Below are positions 24,030-35,882 of a stretch of DNA of 64,000 nt, one piece after another (position 1 is the stretch's first letter; each line of letters starts with the position of its first letter). Below the pieces are notes generated by a model. It had not been told where the DNA came from. It did no database searches and saw only the letters and a list, made by a program, of their open reading frames with translations. The stretch spans positions 1,488,001 through 1,552,000 of the forward strand of contig JANHCV010000010.1 of assembly GCA_025594325.1 (NCBI GenBank), read 5' to 3'. Origin of the DNA: Blastocladiella emersonii ATCC 22665 (lineage: Eukaryota; Fungi; Blastocladiomycota). The translations under genes were made by a program, and so were the position numbers.

Positions 24030-25627
24030 ATGCCGACGACCGCGGCTGCCGTCGTCAAGGGGAACGACATCAAGAAGGGTGAGTTGGTCCGCCCGCTTGC
24101 GCCGCGACCACGCGCCGAGCTCACGACCCCCGCTCGCCCCCTCGCGTGTAGCCGGCGGCGAGGCCAGCAAGCCCAAGGTCCACGACACGGTGCAGAAGGA
24201 GGGCTGGCTGACCAAGCAGGGCAACTTTATCCGCAACTGGCGCCCGCGCTGGGTCCAGCTCGTCGACGGCATCCTGTACTACTACAAGGAGCCCGCCCAT
24301 GTACGTCCGCTTCGCTTGCGCCCGGCCGCTCCACCCGCCACTCACATTCTCGCCGTCGTGCGTGTAGGAGACGGAACCGACCAACTACTTCCTGCTGGCG
24401 GGCGCCAAGTGCCAGGCCAACGACAAGGTGGGTGTCAACAGCTTCGAGCTGATCCTGGCCAACGGCGAGCGCCGGTACATGTCGGCAGCAACGCGCGAGG
24501 AGCGCGACGAGTGGATCGCGGCCATCTCGCAGGCCACGGTCGCCAAGACGCGCGCGAGCCTCAAGCCGTCCGCGTCGGTTGAGGCGCCCCCTGCGCCCGC
24601 TGCCGCGCCTGCCGCGGCCGCCGTGACCCCGAGCAAGCGCGAGTTCCGGTCGCCCGACGATCTGGTGTTCCACAAGGTGCTGGGCAAGGGCAACTACGGC
24701 AAGGTGATGCTGGCGACGCCCAAGCACGGTCCGGCCGACGAGTACTACGCGGTCAAGGTGATCAAGAAGTCGTCGCTCGTGGACGAGGAGAGCATCGAGC
24801 ACGTGCTGGCCGAGAACCGCGTGCTGCAGACGCTGAGCCACCCGTTCCTGGTCAAGCTGCACGCGTCGTTCCAGACGCCCGACCGGCTGTATTTCGTCAT
24901 GGAGTACGTGCGCGGCGGCGAGATCTTCTTCCACATTGTCAAGGAGCGCCGGTTCCCCGAGAACCGCGTGCGGCTGTACGTCGCCGAGATCCTCCTCGCG
25001 CTGCAGTACCTGCACTCCAAGGGTATCGTGTACCGCGACCTCAAGCTCGAGAACCTGCTGATCAACGACGACGGCCACGTCAAGATTACCGACTTTGGCC
25101 TGTGCAAGGAGGGCATCGGGCAGGGCGACACGACCTCGACCTTCTGCGGGACCCCCGAGTACCTCGCGCCCGAGATCCTCGAGGAGGAAAACTACGGCAA
25201 GACGGTCGACTGGTGGGCGCTCGGCATCGTCATGTACGAGATGCTGGTCGGCAAGCCGCCGTTCGGCACCCAGGAGTCGGTCGAGAAGCTGTTCCAGGCG
25301 ATCCTGCACCACCCGATCGCCTTCCCGCCGTCACTCTCGCCTGACGCACGCGCACTGCTGCAGGCACTGCTCAACCGCGACTACAAGGAACGCCTCGGCT
25401 CGGGTCCGGGCGACGGCGACGAGATCCGCGCCCACGCGTGGTTCGCGGGCGTCGACTGGGACGGGCTCGCCGCGAAACGCGTCGAGATGCCCTTCAAGCC
25501 CAAGGTCGACGGCGCCGGCGACACGGGCAACTTTGACAAGGAGTTCACCGCGCTCCCCGTCGACCTCACCCCGTCCAACTCGATGCCTGACCTCGCGGGG
25601 CTCGCCGTCGCCGACTCGGGCAAGTAG
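24030..25627 (+). CDS. PH-domain AGC Ser/Thr kinase, Akt/PKB-like
   Basis: Introns 24079-24151 and 24301-24367. PH domain KEGWLTKQGNFIRNWRPRW..LYYYK. Kinase motifs LGKGNYGKV, YAVKVIKK, YRDLKLEN, DFGLCKE, TFCGTPEYLAPE, VDWWALG. AGC tail PFKP..DTGNFDKEFT. Confidence 0.93.
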
Positions 25628-25728
25628 GACGGGTGGGTTGTGGGTGGATGGCGGCTATAGAAACGAGTTTGTATCCGAAGAGCGACCAGACGGGTTTGCG
25701 CAAGGGTGAGGGTGAAGCTAAGTAGAGG

Positions 25729-27408
25729 TTATCCCATTCGCCACGGCGACGCGAGCGCCGCGGGCGCGCTCGACGCGACCTCGGCCGCCGCCGCCGCGCG
25801 TGTCGACGAGAGGTGGTGTTGGTGGACCGGCAGCCGCGCCACGGGCACCGCGCCCGCCGCCGCCGTCGTCACCGTCACCGTCTCTTCGAGGCTGTCGTAC
25901 GACGCGACGCGGCTCCGGTCATCGCCGCCCTCGTCGAGCAGCAGCGGCTGCGCCTCGGCGTCCTGCGCCACAGCCTCGGCGGCGACCCGCTCGCGGCGGC
26001 GCTGGTACCGCTTAACGGCGATCGGGAGCAGCGTGAGGGCGCAGAACGTGGCCATAGCCGCGAGGTTGAGCGGGTTCCAGACCGAGAAATCGTCACTCGT
26101 CAGCGCCTGGATCGACGACCCGAGGCGCGCGTAGACAAAGCTCGGCGGCAGGACCCCGACGAGCGTGCCCAAAAAGAAGGTGCGCAGGGTGATCCCGAGG
26201 TGCGGCGACGCGAGGTTGATGAACCAGTTGGGGACGACGGGGGCGACGCGCAGGAAGACAATGTAGTTGAACAGCTGGTCGTGTTGGGAGGCGAGCTGCG
26301 CGCGCCACCGGTCGACGCGCGCCCGGAGGTACCGGTCGACGAGCGGGCCGCCGCACACGAGCGACAGCGTGTAGCTGATGGACGCGCCGAGCGCGGTGCA
26401 TGTCGAGACCAGGGCGAGCGCGACGGGGAGCAGGAACAGGGCGCCGCCGAGGACGCTACGTGGGGGCACGGGAGGGTGAGTGCTGGTTGGGGCGGGTGGG
26501 AGCAGGGAAGCCGTACGTCATCATGAGGCTGCCGGGGACCGAGAAGGTCTGCAGGAAGGTGTAGCAGGTGAGGTAAAAGCACGCCATGGGCCAAAAGTGG
26601 GACTCGCTGAGCACGGCCGTGGCCGCGGCGAGCCGCTTGAGGGCGTCGACGGACGTGGGCAGCGTGATGTCGGCGCGCAGACTACACATCCCCAAACATT
26701 AGCGGATAGGCGGCGACGGGATCCCATCTCGCAAGACGTACGCTTCGTCAATCGGCGGCGTGAGCACGTAAATCAGCCCGAACAGCGCGGCGTAGACGGC
26801 AAAGATGAGCAGCGCGGCGACCAGCGGGTGGACACGCCGCTCGCACACCCCCAACCCGGGCTCGGGGCTCGCGGGCCGCGACTCACCCCGCCGCGATGGC
26901 GACTGCGGCGCGCGGTCGCACACGGGGCTCCCGTCGACGGCCGAGTACTTGGCCGATGCGGCCGCGGGCGACAGCGACCCGAGGCGGAGGCGGTGCGGGA
27001 CGACGAGCGCGGCGAGCGACGCGAACGGCGATTTCGCGGAGATCGAGTCGACAGCGGAGAGCTGCTTGGTCGGCGTCACGGGCAGGCTCGGGAGCAGCGC
27101 GAACAGCGACGGGGATGTTGGGCGCGACTGCGGCGGGGCCTGGTAGCGCGGGAGGTCAGATGGGGCGAGGAGGACGGCGACGAGGGGGAAAAACGCACCT
27201 CGCCCGGCTTACTCAACCGCGACATGGGCGGCGGCGAGCACAGCACGTCGGCCAGGTCGTCAATGTCGACCATGGTCTCGGCCGACTCGGGACGGGTCGA
27301 GGCAGGGACGGTGGCCGAGCGCGTGCCACGGGCGGCGCCGACGCGCGGAGCCGATGCAAAGTGCGATAGTGCTGGTGGCGGCGGTGGTGGCGGGGCCGCG
27401 TGCGACAT
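25729..27408 (-). CDS. TMEM41/VTT (SNARE-associated, DedA superfamily) membrane protein
   Basis: FLQTFSVPGS, GASISYTLS, YIVFLRVAPVVPNWFINLASPHLGI and FFLGTLVGVLPPSFVY match TMEM41. Three GT-AG introns (first 27140-27198). ATG at 27408. Confidence 0.88.
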
Positions 27409-27759
27409 GGCGGCGAAGCGGTGCGAGGGGAGGGGAAGTGTGCAACTTGCGCAAACGGGATGGGAGGAGAGCGTGGTTCGTCTCTCTCTGGCGGCTCTCA
27501 CGGATTCATCGGCTGCGTGGCGCGGGTTCTGAGGGCGGGCAAAACGTTTGGGGGAGAGGATGCGAAAGAGAGGACGCGTGGGTGGGGGGAACCGCCGTCG
27601 CGGCGCGCGGTCACGTTCGGCGCGCCACGCGTCGCGCGTCAGGTGCCGCCGCTGCTGCGCCTCGCCGCTCCTTGGCGTGTCTCTGTCTCGCGCGCGCGCC
27701 ACTTGCTCTAACCTTGCCTGACTGGATTCGGTCGGCAGGGACTAGCACCAGTTCATTTA

Positions 27760-28913
27760 TCACACGTCGTCATCATCCTCGTCATCCTCGTCCTCGCTGC
27801 TCGACACGCCCGCGATCGCGGCGAGCAGCTGCGCCTCGTGCGCGAGGTTCGAGCTGCGCGCCGGTGCCGCTGCTGCTGCTGTTACCACAGCGGGCCCGCC
27901 GTACGGCGACGACCCGCCAGTCCCGCGCTCCGACTCGACAAAGCTCGACAGGTCTCCGAGATCGCTGCCCACGTCCCCGCCGACCGGTGCCGCCGTGTCG
28001 GTGAGCCGGCTCGACGTCTCCATGGCATCGCTCTCCTCGCCGTCGTCGCTGTCGGGGCGCAGCGACCCGATGAGCGACCCGAGCTCGGACCCGCCGAGCG
28101 CCGAGACTGCGCCCGTGTCGCTGTCCTCGCCTTCGTCCGCGTACGAGACGCCCTTCCCCGCGAGCGCACCGCTGCCGGCGTACGGGTTGCGGTCGTCCTC
28201 CTCGTCGTCACTGCTACTGCTCGTCTCGGCCTCCCCGTCGTCGTCCAAACTCGCCGTCGCCGCAAGCTTACCGACCCCAATCCCGACGCCCGGCGGGACC
28301 TGGCCGCCGACCCCGCGCGCGTCAACGACCGCGTGCGCCGTGTCCGACTGCGCCGCGAGCTGGGAACGCCACCCCGCGAGTTTAACGCGCATCGACGCGA
28401 TCAGCGTGGTTTGGTGCGCGATGTGGGTGCGCAGGCGCGTCTTCTACATTTACACGGGTCGATGAGCGGGAGAGGGACGAGTGGAGTGCTGGGACGCACC
28501 TCGGCCGCAACAGTATCCGTCCTTGCGAGCGGCGCCGCGGCGCTCGTCCGGATCAGCGCGCGCGCGAGCGACTGCGACGCGGCGCGGAACTCGACCAGCT
28601 CACCACCCTCTACAGAAGCAGCGGTCGTGCCGTGTGTCGCGATCGCCTGCAGCGCGCGCGTTACCGACTCGGCGAGGTGCCGCGCGCGGTCCGACAGCGA
28701 CGGGTCCGGCACCGCTTCTGGAGCTGCTGGGTCTGCGGCTTCGCCCGTGAGGAGGAACTCGCCGACGCCGCTTCCGCTGCCGCCCGCGCTGCCGTGCGGC
28801 GGACTCGCGCCGGGCCACGCGAACGCGGGCGCGAGCGGCGGGGAGCCCGCTGTCGAGCTCGCCGTCTCGTCGGCGGCCGCGGCGGACGCGTCGAAGAAGT
28901 CGCTGAAGTCCAT
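27760..28913 (-). CDS. Hypothetical protein with a helical/coiled-coil core and acidic C-terminus
   Basis: ATG 28913 (MDFSDFF). A GTGCGT...ATGTAG intron near 28443-28498 joins to KTRLRTHIAHQTTLIASMRVKLAGWRSQL, followed by an Asp/Glu/Ser-rich tail. Confidence 0.6.
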
Positions 28914-29085
28914 GAGAAGCGTCAAGTGCGTTGTGTCTCCAAGGAGAGGTTAGATGATTCGTGAGAGCCGTGGCGGTGGTGGTCGCGGACGAAGGTCGCC
29001 GAACCGCCGATCACTCTCTTCTCCCGACAACGCCCGCTCTCCTGCAACGCATCAACAATCCACTGCAACGCACTCCACAACCACC

Positions 29086-31237
29086 ATGAGCTTCGTGCAG
29101 GACACTGTGCGGGTGCTCGCCGCGTCCGTGGACGGGCTCGCGTCCGAGATCGCGCTGGTGCAGGCCGGCGGGTCGTCTGCCGCCGCTGCCGCCGCCGCGT
29201 CCGCCGCGCTCGACACGGGCGACCCGTGGCACCGGCACCTCGTCGACGCCATCGACCACATGCGCTCGCTGATCGGCCGCCTGGCCTCGCGCAAGCCCGA
29301 GCAGGTGACGCCCGAGACCCTCGTCGCGCTCGTCCGCGAGGCGCTCGCCCACCACGTCAAGCTCGGCGAGGTCGCGGCTACCGTCGCGGTGCCCGCGGAA
29401 CCGAGCCCGCTGGATACCGAGTTCGAGACGCTCACGTGGTTCTTCCTGGGCAAGGCCGCGGCGGCCGCGTACGCCGCGCAGATGAACCGCATGCTCGGGC
29501 AGACGCTCGAGGTGCAGCGCGACTGCGTGTGGTGGCGCGAAGTCCATCCGATCTGGTACCTGACCATGAGTGCGTACACTTGCCCGTCGCTCTACCGCAG
29601 CGTGTGCTGACGCCGCGTACCCGACGTAGCCGCGCCCGTCCGCGCTCTGGGCCTGTTCAACTCGCCACACCCGTGGCGGCGCATGCTCGCCGCGCGCCGC
29701 TCCCTGGACCTGGGCCTGTTCCGCACCATCTCGCGTCTCACGACCTCGGCCGCCGCGCCGTACCCGTGGCACCTGCCGCTGCACGTTGCGCGCGACGAGA
29801 TCCACCGCCACCTCGTCGCCCTGCAGCGCGTGCAGTACCACGCCGCGGGCATTCTCGGGATCCTGTACGGGCACGTCATGCGCGGGAGCGCGTTCCTCGA
29901 GGAGGCCGATTTCGCGGACCCGATGGCGACGATGCGCCGCAAGGTCGCGGGGCTTGTGCACCTCATGCACTCGCTCGACCCGCACCACCATCTCCCGACG
30001 CATGTGGTGCTGCCTGTCAACTCGACGACGACGTCGGACGATGATGACGACGATGACGACGAGATGATCGGGCCCGGGATGCCCGCGCAGTCCTCGGCAG
30101 CCGCGGCTGCGGCGACCTCGACGAGTGGGCGGATCAGCGGTGCCCGCCGCGCGGCGGCCGCACAGGCCGCGTCCAACGTGCACGCCGCGCTGTCGGCGGC
30201 CGCCGCGGCGTCCCCCGCGGGGTCCGTGACGCGCACCTACGAGACGCTGCTGACCGTGGCCTCGGGTCTCGCGGGCCCGTCGCCCTTCGTCAGCGTTCTC
30301 GCAAACCACGGCCGCCCCGGCGTCCTGACGCGCTCGTGGCTCCCGCTCTCCGCGTCCCTCCTCGCCTTTTCGGTCGGCGTGCAGCAGCTGCGGTTCAACT
30401 GGACCAGCCTGACCGCAACCGCGCGCAGCACCGTGGCGTTCGTGGCGAACGGCGTGCGCGACTGGATCCTGCGTCCCGTCGTCGACATGTACGAGACGGT
30501 GCGGCACCGCGAGCACCGGCTCGCGCTCATGGGCGCGCGGAGTCTGGCGTCGGACCTCGACTCGCTCGAGCGGATGGTCGCCGACTACGCCCTGCGCACG
30601 GGGACGCCCGCGTCAGACCTCCCCGCGGTCCGCGCCGGCGTGCGCGACGGCGACCTGTCGGTCATCCTGCGCGACTACGAGCGCGAGATCGCGACGCCGC
30701 TGAAATCCGCCGTCATGGGCCCGCTGCTCACGCTGATGCTGGTCCAGGTGCAGAAGACCAAGGTCGACCTCGAGCTCGCCATGACCGCCCTCGACAAACT
30801 GCTCAAGTCCAACGAGCTCAATTTCGGGCTCATGGCGCTCCTCCCGACGCTCGCCGTCGCGTACTTGACGCTCCGCGGGGCGCGTCACTGGATCGGCGAT
30901 TACGCTAGCGGGTCCGCCCGCCGCGCCCGGCGTAGGTTCCGGAAGGGGCTGTGGAATATCGAGCGGCTGGGTGCGGCCGAGGGGACGAGCGAGGAGATTC
31001 AGCTCGGGTACGGTTCTCGCTTCCCGGTGGTTGCAAGGCGTGCACCGACTGACCCCGCCACGTAGGCTGACGTTGATCGAGGTCAACTACCTCAAGGCGC
31101 TGCTCCCGGCCATGGGCATCCCGCGCGACCTGCAGGCGATGCTGGCGTCGGACCTGCGCGACCTCGAGCAGTCGACGGTGGACGTGCGGCGGACCATGGA
31201 CCGCATTCTGCGCCTGAACCCTGAGATCGCCATTTAA
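29086..31237 (+). CDS. NCA2: Nuclear control of ATPase protein 2 (mitochondrial)
   Basis: LTRSWLP, WILRPVVDMYETVRH, SLASDLDSLERMVADY, GDLSVILRDYE and LMLVQVQKTKVDLELAMTALDKLLKSNELNFG are characteristic of Nca2. Introns 29570-29629 and 31008-31065. Confidence 0.9.
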
Positions 31238-31284
31238 CTCCCAAACGATGATAGGTTATATATGAACGCCTAGCCCACCCCAAA

Positions 31285-32938
31285 TCACGCGTGCGCGGCC
31301 TGCATCAGGAGACAACACACCATAATCACGACGCCCGTCCCCGTCATCCCCACGGCGCCGACCTTGACCCACGTCCACGGCCGGTCCGCGTACAGCTTGT
31401 AGTAGAAGAGGCCCGGCAGGATGTAGCAGATGGTCGTCGACCCCGTCGCCCCGACCACCGCCAGCACCCGGTCCAGCGACTGCACCGTCATGGCGACCAG
31501 GAACGCCAGCGACACGATCGCGGTGGTCAGCGTCAAGTGCAGCGCCGCGTCGCCGAACCCCGTCGTCGCGGGCGGCGGGACGGGCGGGACCGAGATGGCC
31601 GTGGACTGGCGCGTGCGCGGGGTGTTGGGAGACGCGGGACCGGTGGTGGTGGAGGGAAACGCGCGCGGGTCGTCCTGCTCGATCGACGCGTAGCTCGGGC
31701 TGACGGGGATGATGAGCGGGGCGCGCTCACCCGCGGCCTCGGCCTCCGCGCGCGCCGCGGCGCGCTGCTTGCGGATGTAGTAGGCGATCTTGGTGAGCGA
31801 GTTGCGGCACGGGTGGGCCTGGATCGGGAAGCTGAAGACGAAGAGCAGGGCGAGGGCGAGGCGGCCGTACGTCACGAGCGGGATCACCGGGTACATCTTG
31901 ATGATGTTCCCCGCCACGCTGTCGCCGTACATGATGTACCCGAGCGACCCGATCACGTAGTAGATGATGAGGGCCGAGGAGACCGAGGTCGAGACCACCA
32001 CGTTCAGGTTGGACTGCGAGTTGTCGCCGATCTCGTTGTACACGGCGAAGATGTTCTGGTGGCAGCTACACGGGACGGAGCGGGTGAGATGGGAGCGGGC
32101 CGGGTGGAGCAGCAAAGGGAGCGTACGTGAAGGCAAACACAAAGATGGGCAGCGACTTGAAGAACGCGGGCGAAAACTTGACGAACCCGATCTCGCCGGG
32201 GGTGATCGGGTACTCGGGGCTGACGAAAAAGTAGACCACAATGAACACGAGGTACACGACCGCCGCGAGCGCGACCATGCTCGTGTGGCGGAGCGAGTCG
32301 AGCCGGCGCGCGAAGCTGAGCGGCACGATCGGGACCATGGCGACCGAGATCCAGAACGCGCGGCTTCCGAGGACCCCCACGCGCACCGACTCCCCAAACA
32401 GCCCCGCCACGACCTCGGGCATCAGGTCCCCGATGACCACCAGGTACGACGACGCCACCCCGAAACACTTGACGGCGATCGCCGCGTCAAAGTACACGGC
32501 GGCGTGCGGGTACGTGATCTCGGACAGCGCGAAAAACGACGACGCGTTGCGCCGCCCACCGCGAGACTCGGACCCGGGGAGGTGCCGCGCCACGTGCGTC
32601 AGCAGCCATAGGCCGAACGCCGCGGCAAGGCCCGAGAACAGCACCATGGCGAGCCCGAACGCCAGCCCGACCGACGCGATCGCGTACGGCATCGCCAGCA
32701 TACCCGACCCGAGAATCGTGTTGCTGATGTTGATGATCCCCGAGAACACGGTGCCCGTGGGCCCGCCCGTGCCGGACCCGGACGAGGCGGTGGTGGCCGC
32801 AGACGCGCGACGCGACCGGTCAGCGGCGCCGCCCATGGCGGACGACAGTACGTCTTCCTCGACGGCGACGGGTGACGCCGGGGGGAACGCGCCCTCGGCG
32901 CCCTCGGCGGAGCGCAGCGCGGGAGATGTTCGTTTCAT
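31285..32938 (-). CDS. Amino acid transporter (Aa_trans family, Avt5/6/7-like vacuolar transporter)
   Basis: INISNTILGSGMLAMPYA, IAVKCFGVASSYLVVIGDLMP, PIFVFAFTCHQNIF, VGATGSTTICYILPGLFY. Intron 32066-32126. Confidence 0.92.
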
Positions 32939-33299
32939 GGTCGTGTTGGATGCGTTGCGGTAGGTTACGGAGCGTGTTTCGTCGTTGCGAGCGAGGAATT
33001 CGGGGGGTGAAGGGGGACGGGAACGGAGCCGCGCGCGCGCGCGCTCGGGGAAACAGGCGGGCCGCCACCACGTGAGGTGCGGCGCGTCGCGAAACGCGTC
33101 TCGCGGTTGAGTCCGCTCGGACCGTTCGCAGCGAGCACTCGCACGCCACGGCGCGCGCAACGTCCCGGCTCGCGGCTCGCGGTCGGTCAGCTTGGAGCCG
33201 TACGCGTTGCCTGCAGATGAGGTGGCCCGCGGGGCGGCACCTGCAGGCAACAGCCACGCCGAGCGGAATGGCGCGAGTGACAGACCCGGAGATATACGT

Positions 33300-34400
33300 T
33301 CAGGGGATATATTTACAAACGCTGCTGGGCAAAACAAACGAGACCAAACCGCGCACGGCCACGGGCGTTGGTTGGCGGAGCAAACTCGGATCAGATGAGG
33401 AAGGCCATAGCAGCCTCCTGATCCAGATGAATGATTCGACAAACGTGCGAGGGTGAGCTTCCATGAGCTCGCGGAAAGCCGTGGCCGAGCTGGGACTCAT
33501 ATGTTCTTGCGAAAAACCGATCGTGAAGTGACCCACCCGCGCAGTGCAGTGCCAAGCTCGAACAGGCGCGCGAACCCGGCGTCGCTGAACTCGATGCAGG
33601 CCACATCGAGAGCCTTGACCGACTGTGACAAATGGTCGGCGAGAAGGTTTGCCGCCTCGTCAGTCAAACTGCACCCCATCAGCACGAGGCCTTCAAGCGT
33701 CAGAGGAGCAAGGTCCAGAATCGCTCGAACGCAACTGCCGTCGATGTCGGGACAGCGATCGACATAGAGGTGGGTCAGGAATGGGCCAAGAAGCCTCGGG
33801 AGAAGCTGCAGTGCGGTTTCGCTGCTGCCGAACGGAAATCCACTGAGAATCAGTTTTCGCAAGTCAGGAAGTGGGTGGTCGCTGGTCAGCGTCGCTTCCG
33901 CTTCGAGAACGAAGTCGTTGAGGGCATTCGTGCCGACCGAGTCCATGTCCAGACAGTTGAGCGACGGTGGAGCACGACGGAGCTGCGAAATGAGAGCTGC
34001 GACGTCGGCCCCCACACCGCGAAGCAAAAGTGACTCGATTGAGTCAGGAAGATGGCCGAAAAGACTTTGAAGTCCAAGAACCGGATAAAAAAGACCGCGA
34101 TCAGTGAACGCGTACGCGTCGGTGGTATGCTCCATGGGGAGGTCAAAGGCGATCCGACGTCGAAGTAAGTCAAATCGCCCGGTTTTGCTTGCGCGGTCAA
34201 CCGAGATACGCAGGACAAGCCGCTGGAAGGCTTTGTAGGCCTCGGGGATGTAGGCGCGCGGGGCGACGCGCAGATACGGCGAAAGTACGCTGAGGCCGGC
34301 GCCGCCCGCGATGTCGTCGTCGTGGAGTCAGACGGCCTCGGCAAGGATCTTGTCGACGACGAGCTCCGCATGGTTGCTGCGAGGGCCGATACATGCACAG
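33300..34400 (-). pseudogene. Ankyrin-like/LRR paralog A (pseudogene)
   Basis: N-terminus HAELVVDKILAEAV*LH..LSPYLRVAPRAYIP..SVDRASKTGRFDLL aligns with the 37594-38148 ORF, with a premature TGA near 34326. RNI-like LRRs follow (33497-34135). A frameshift near 33540 leaves the C-terminus (GHFTIGFSQEHMSP..) in another frame. Confidence 0.75.
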
Positions 34401-34486
34401 CGCAACGAGCTCGAGCGCGGCGGCGGCGGCGGCGAGCGAAAATCGACGCGCGCGACGGAGCGGTGACACATTCGCGTCAGCCCGCG

Positions 34487-34520
34487 CTCACGTGGCTGTC
34501 CCATGATATCAGAACGCGTC
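34487..34520. promoter_or_regulatory. Conserved upstream element of LRR paralog A
   Basis: ctcacgtggctgtcccatgatatcagaacgcgt closely matches 35746-35778. Contains CACGTG, GATATC and ACGCGT. Confidence 0.5.
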
Positions 34521-35065
34521 GATTCGAGGCTTTCCGTTTCGTTTGGAGCCGACACGGCTCATGATGGTATTCCGACGTGGCGAGCTTGAAGCGGCCCATA
34601 GGTTCCTTGTTCAGCGAAATTTCGTGATGAACGCGACGCATCTCGCAGTCGACGCGCACTGCGAGTCCAGCCGATGCGAGACTAAGAGGTGAGCAGCAGA
34701 AACATGCTTGAGATAAACGCTGTGCGGGGAACACATAGTGTTGGATGGAGCGCGACTTGCACGTTCCGTGGAGAGACGGTAAGGTCCACAGGTGAATTTA
34801 TTGAGGGCTGGAACAACAAGCGACGGCGAAGGGGAGTAAAACTAGGAGAAGGAATGTACTCACAGCTGTGAGACCAAGAAGCCGGAACTCGAGAAGACTC
34901 GCGTCAGCCTTGGGAGTGCGTTGAGTGTTCGGTTGGGTGATCGAGAGCAGAACGAGCGGAACCGACCGCAAGGATGGGCACGCGCGGGTGGAAACCCCAC
35001 GGGAAGCAACATTCACGGTCACGTCTGATGTTTGGCAAAGTGCGCCGGGATCGACGGAATTAACA

Positions 35066-35698
35066 TTAATGATAGTTGCGAAAGGTACCAGGGTAGCGCG
35101 TGAAGAGTTTGCGGTATTTCTCTAGCGAGTTGGGACCCATTTCCTGCGCCGAAAGGGTCATTTCCAATTGTCCGGCCCGCGCGGCACCAAGCTTGAACAA
35201 GTCTGAGAACCCGGTGTCGCTGAATTCGATCCCAGCTACATTCAAGGATTTGACCGACTGCGGAAGCTGGGCAGCGATGAGGCCTGCCGCCTCGTCAGTC
35301 AAGTTGCATTCCTGCAGCGAGAGAATTTTGAGCGTAGGCGGGGCAAGCTCCAAGATCGCTCGAAGGCAAGCGTCATTGACATCGCGACAAATCTTAAGCT
35401 TCAGAGCCTTCAAGCGCGGACCGATCAGCCGCGGAAGTAGCCGGAGTACGACTTCGCTGCTGCCAAAAGGGAACCCGCGGAGAGTCAACTCCTTCAAGTC
35501 AGGAAGTGGATGGCCGCTGGGCAACGTAGCGTCCTCCGGGAAAATGGGGTCGTCGACAGCCTCAGTGCTAAACGACGTTATTTTGAGAAGTTTGAGTGCC
35601 GGCCGAGAACGGCTGACGAGCGAGACAAGTGCCGGAACGTCGGCACCCACGCCGTTTAACAAAAGCTGCCCGAGCGTGTCAGGAAGATGACGAAACAC
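35066..35698 (-). pseudogene. LRR paralog B, 5'-truncated
   Basis: VFRHLPDTLGQLLLNGVGADVPALVS..HPLPDLKELTLRGFPFGSSEVVLRLLPRLIGP is clearly paralogous to 33497-34135. No ATG and no N-terminal domain. Confidence 0.7.
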
Positions 35699-35745
35699 CA
35701 GTTGAAGACCGGAGCTTCCAATGTCTCTGTTTTAACTGAGGATCG

Positions 35746-35778
35746 CTCACGTGGCATCCCATGATATCAAGACGCGTG
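35746..35778. promoter_or_regulatory. Conserved upstream element of LRR paralog B
   Basis: ctcacgtggcatcccatgatatcaagacgcgtg, paralogous to 34487-34520. Confidence 0.5.
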
Positions 35779-35882
35779 ATTTTTTTACTCGACTCGTCGA
35801 GATCAACAACTCCATCAAAAGACCTTGAATTTTGACCACTAAGGAAACCTGGTGTATTCAAATTTGTTGAAGGCGCTGCACG

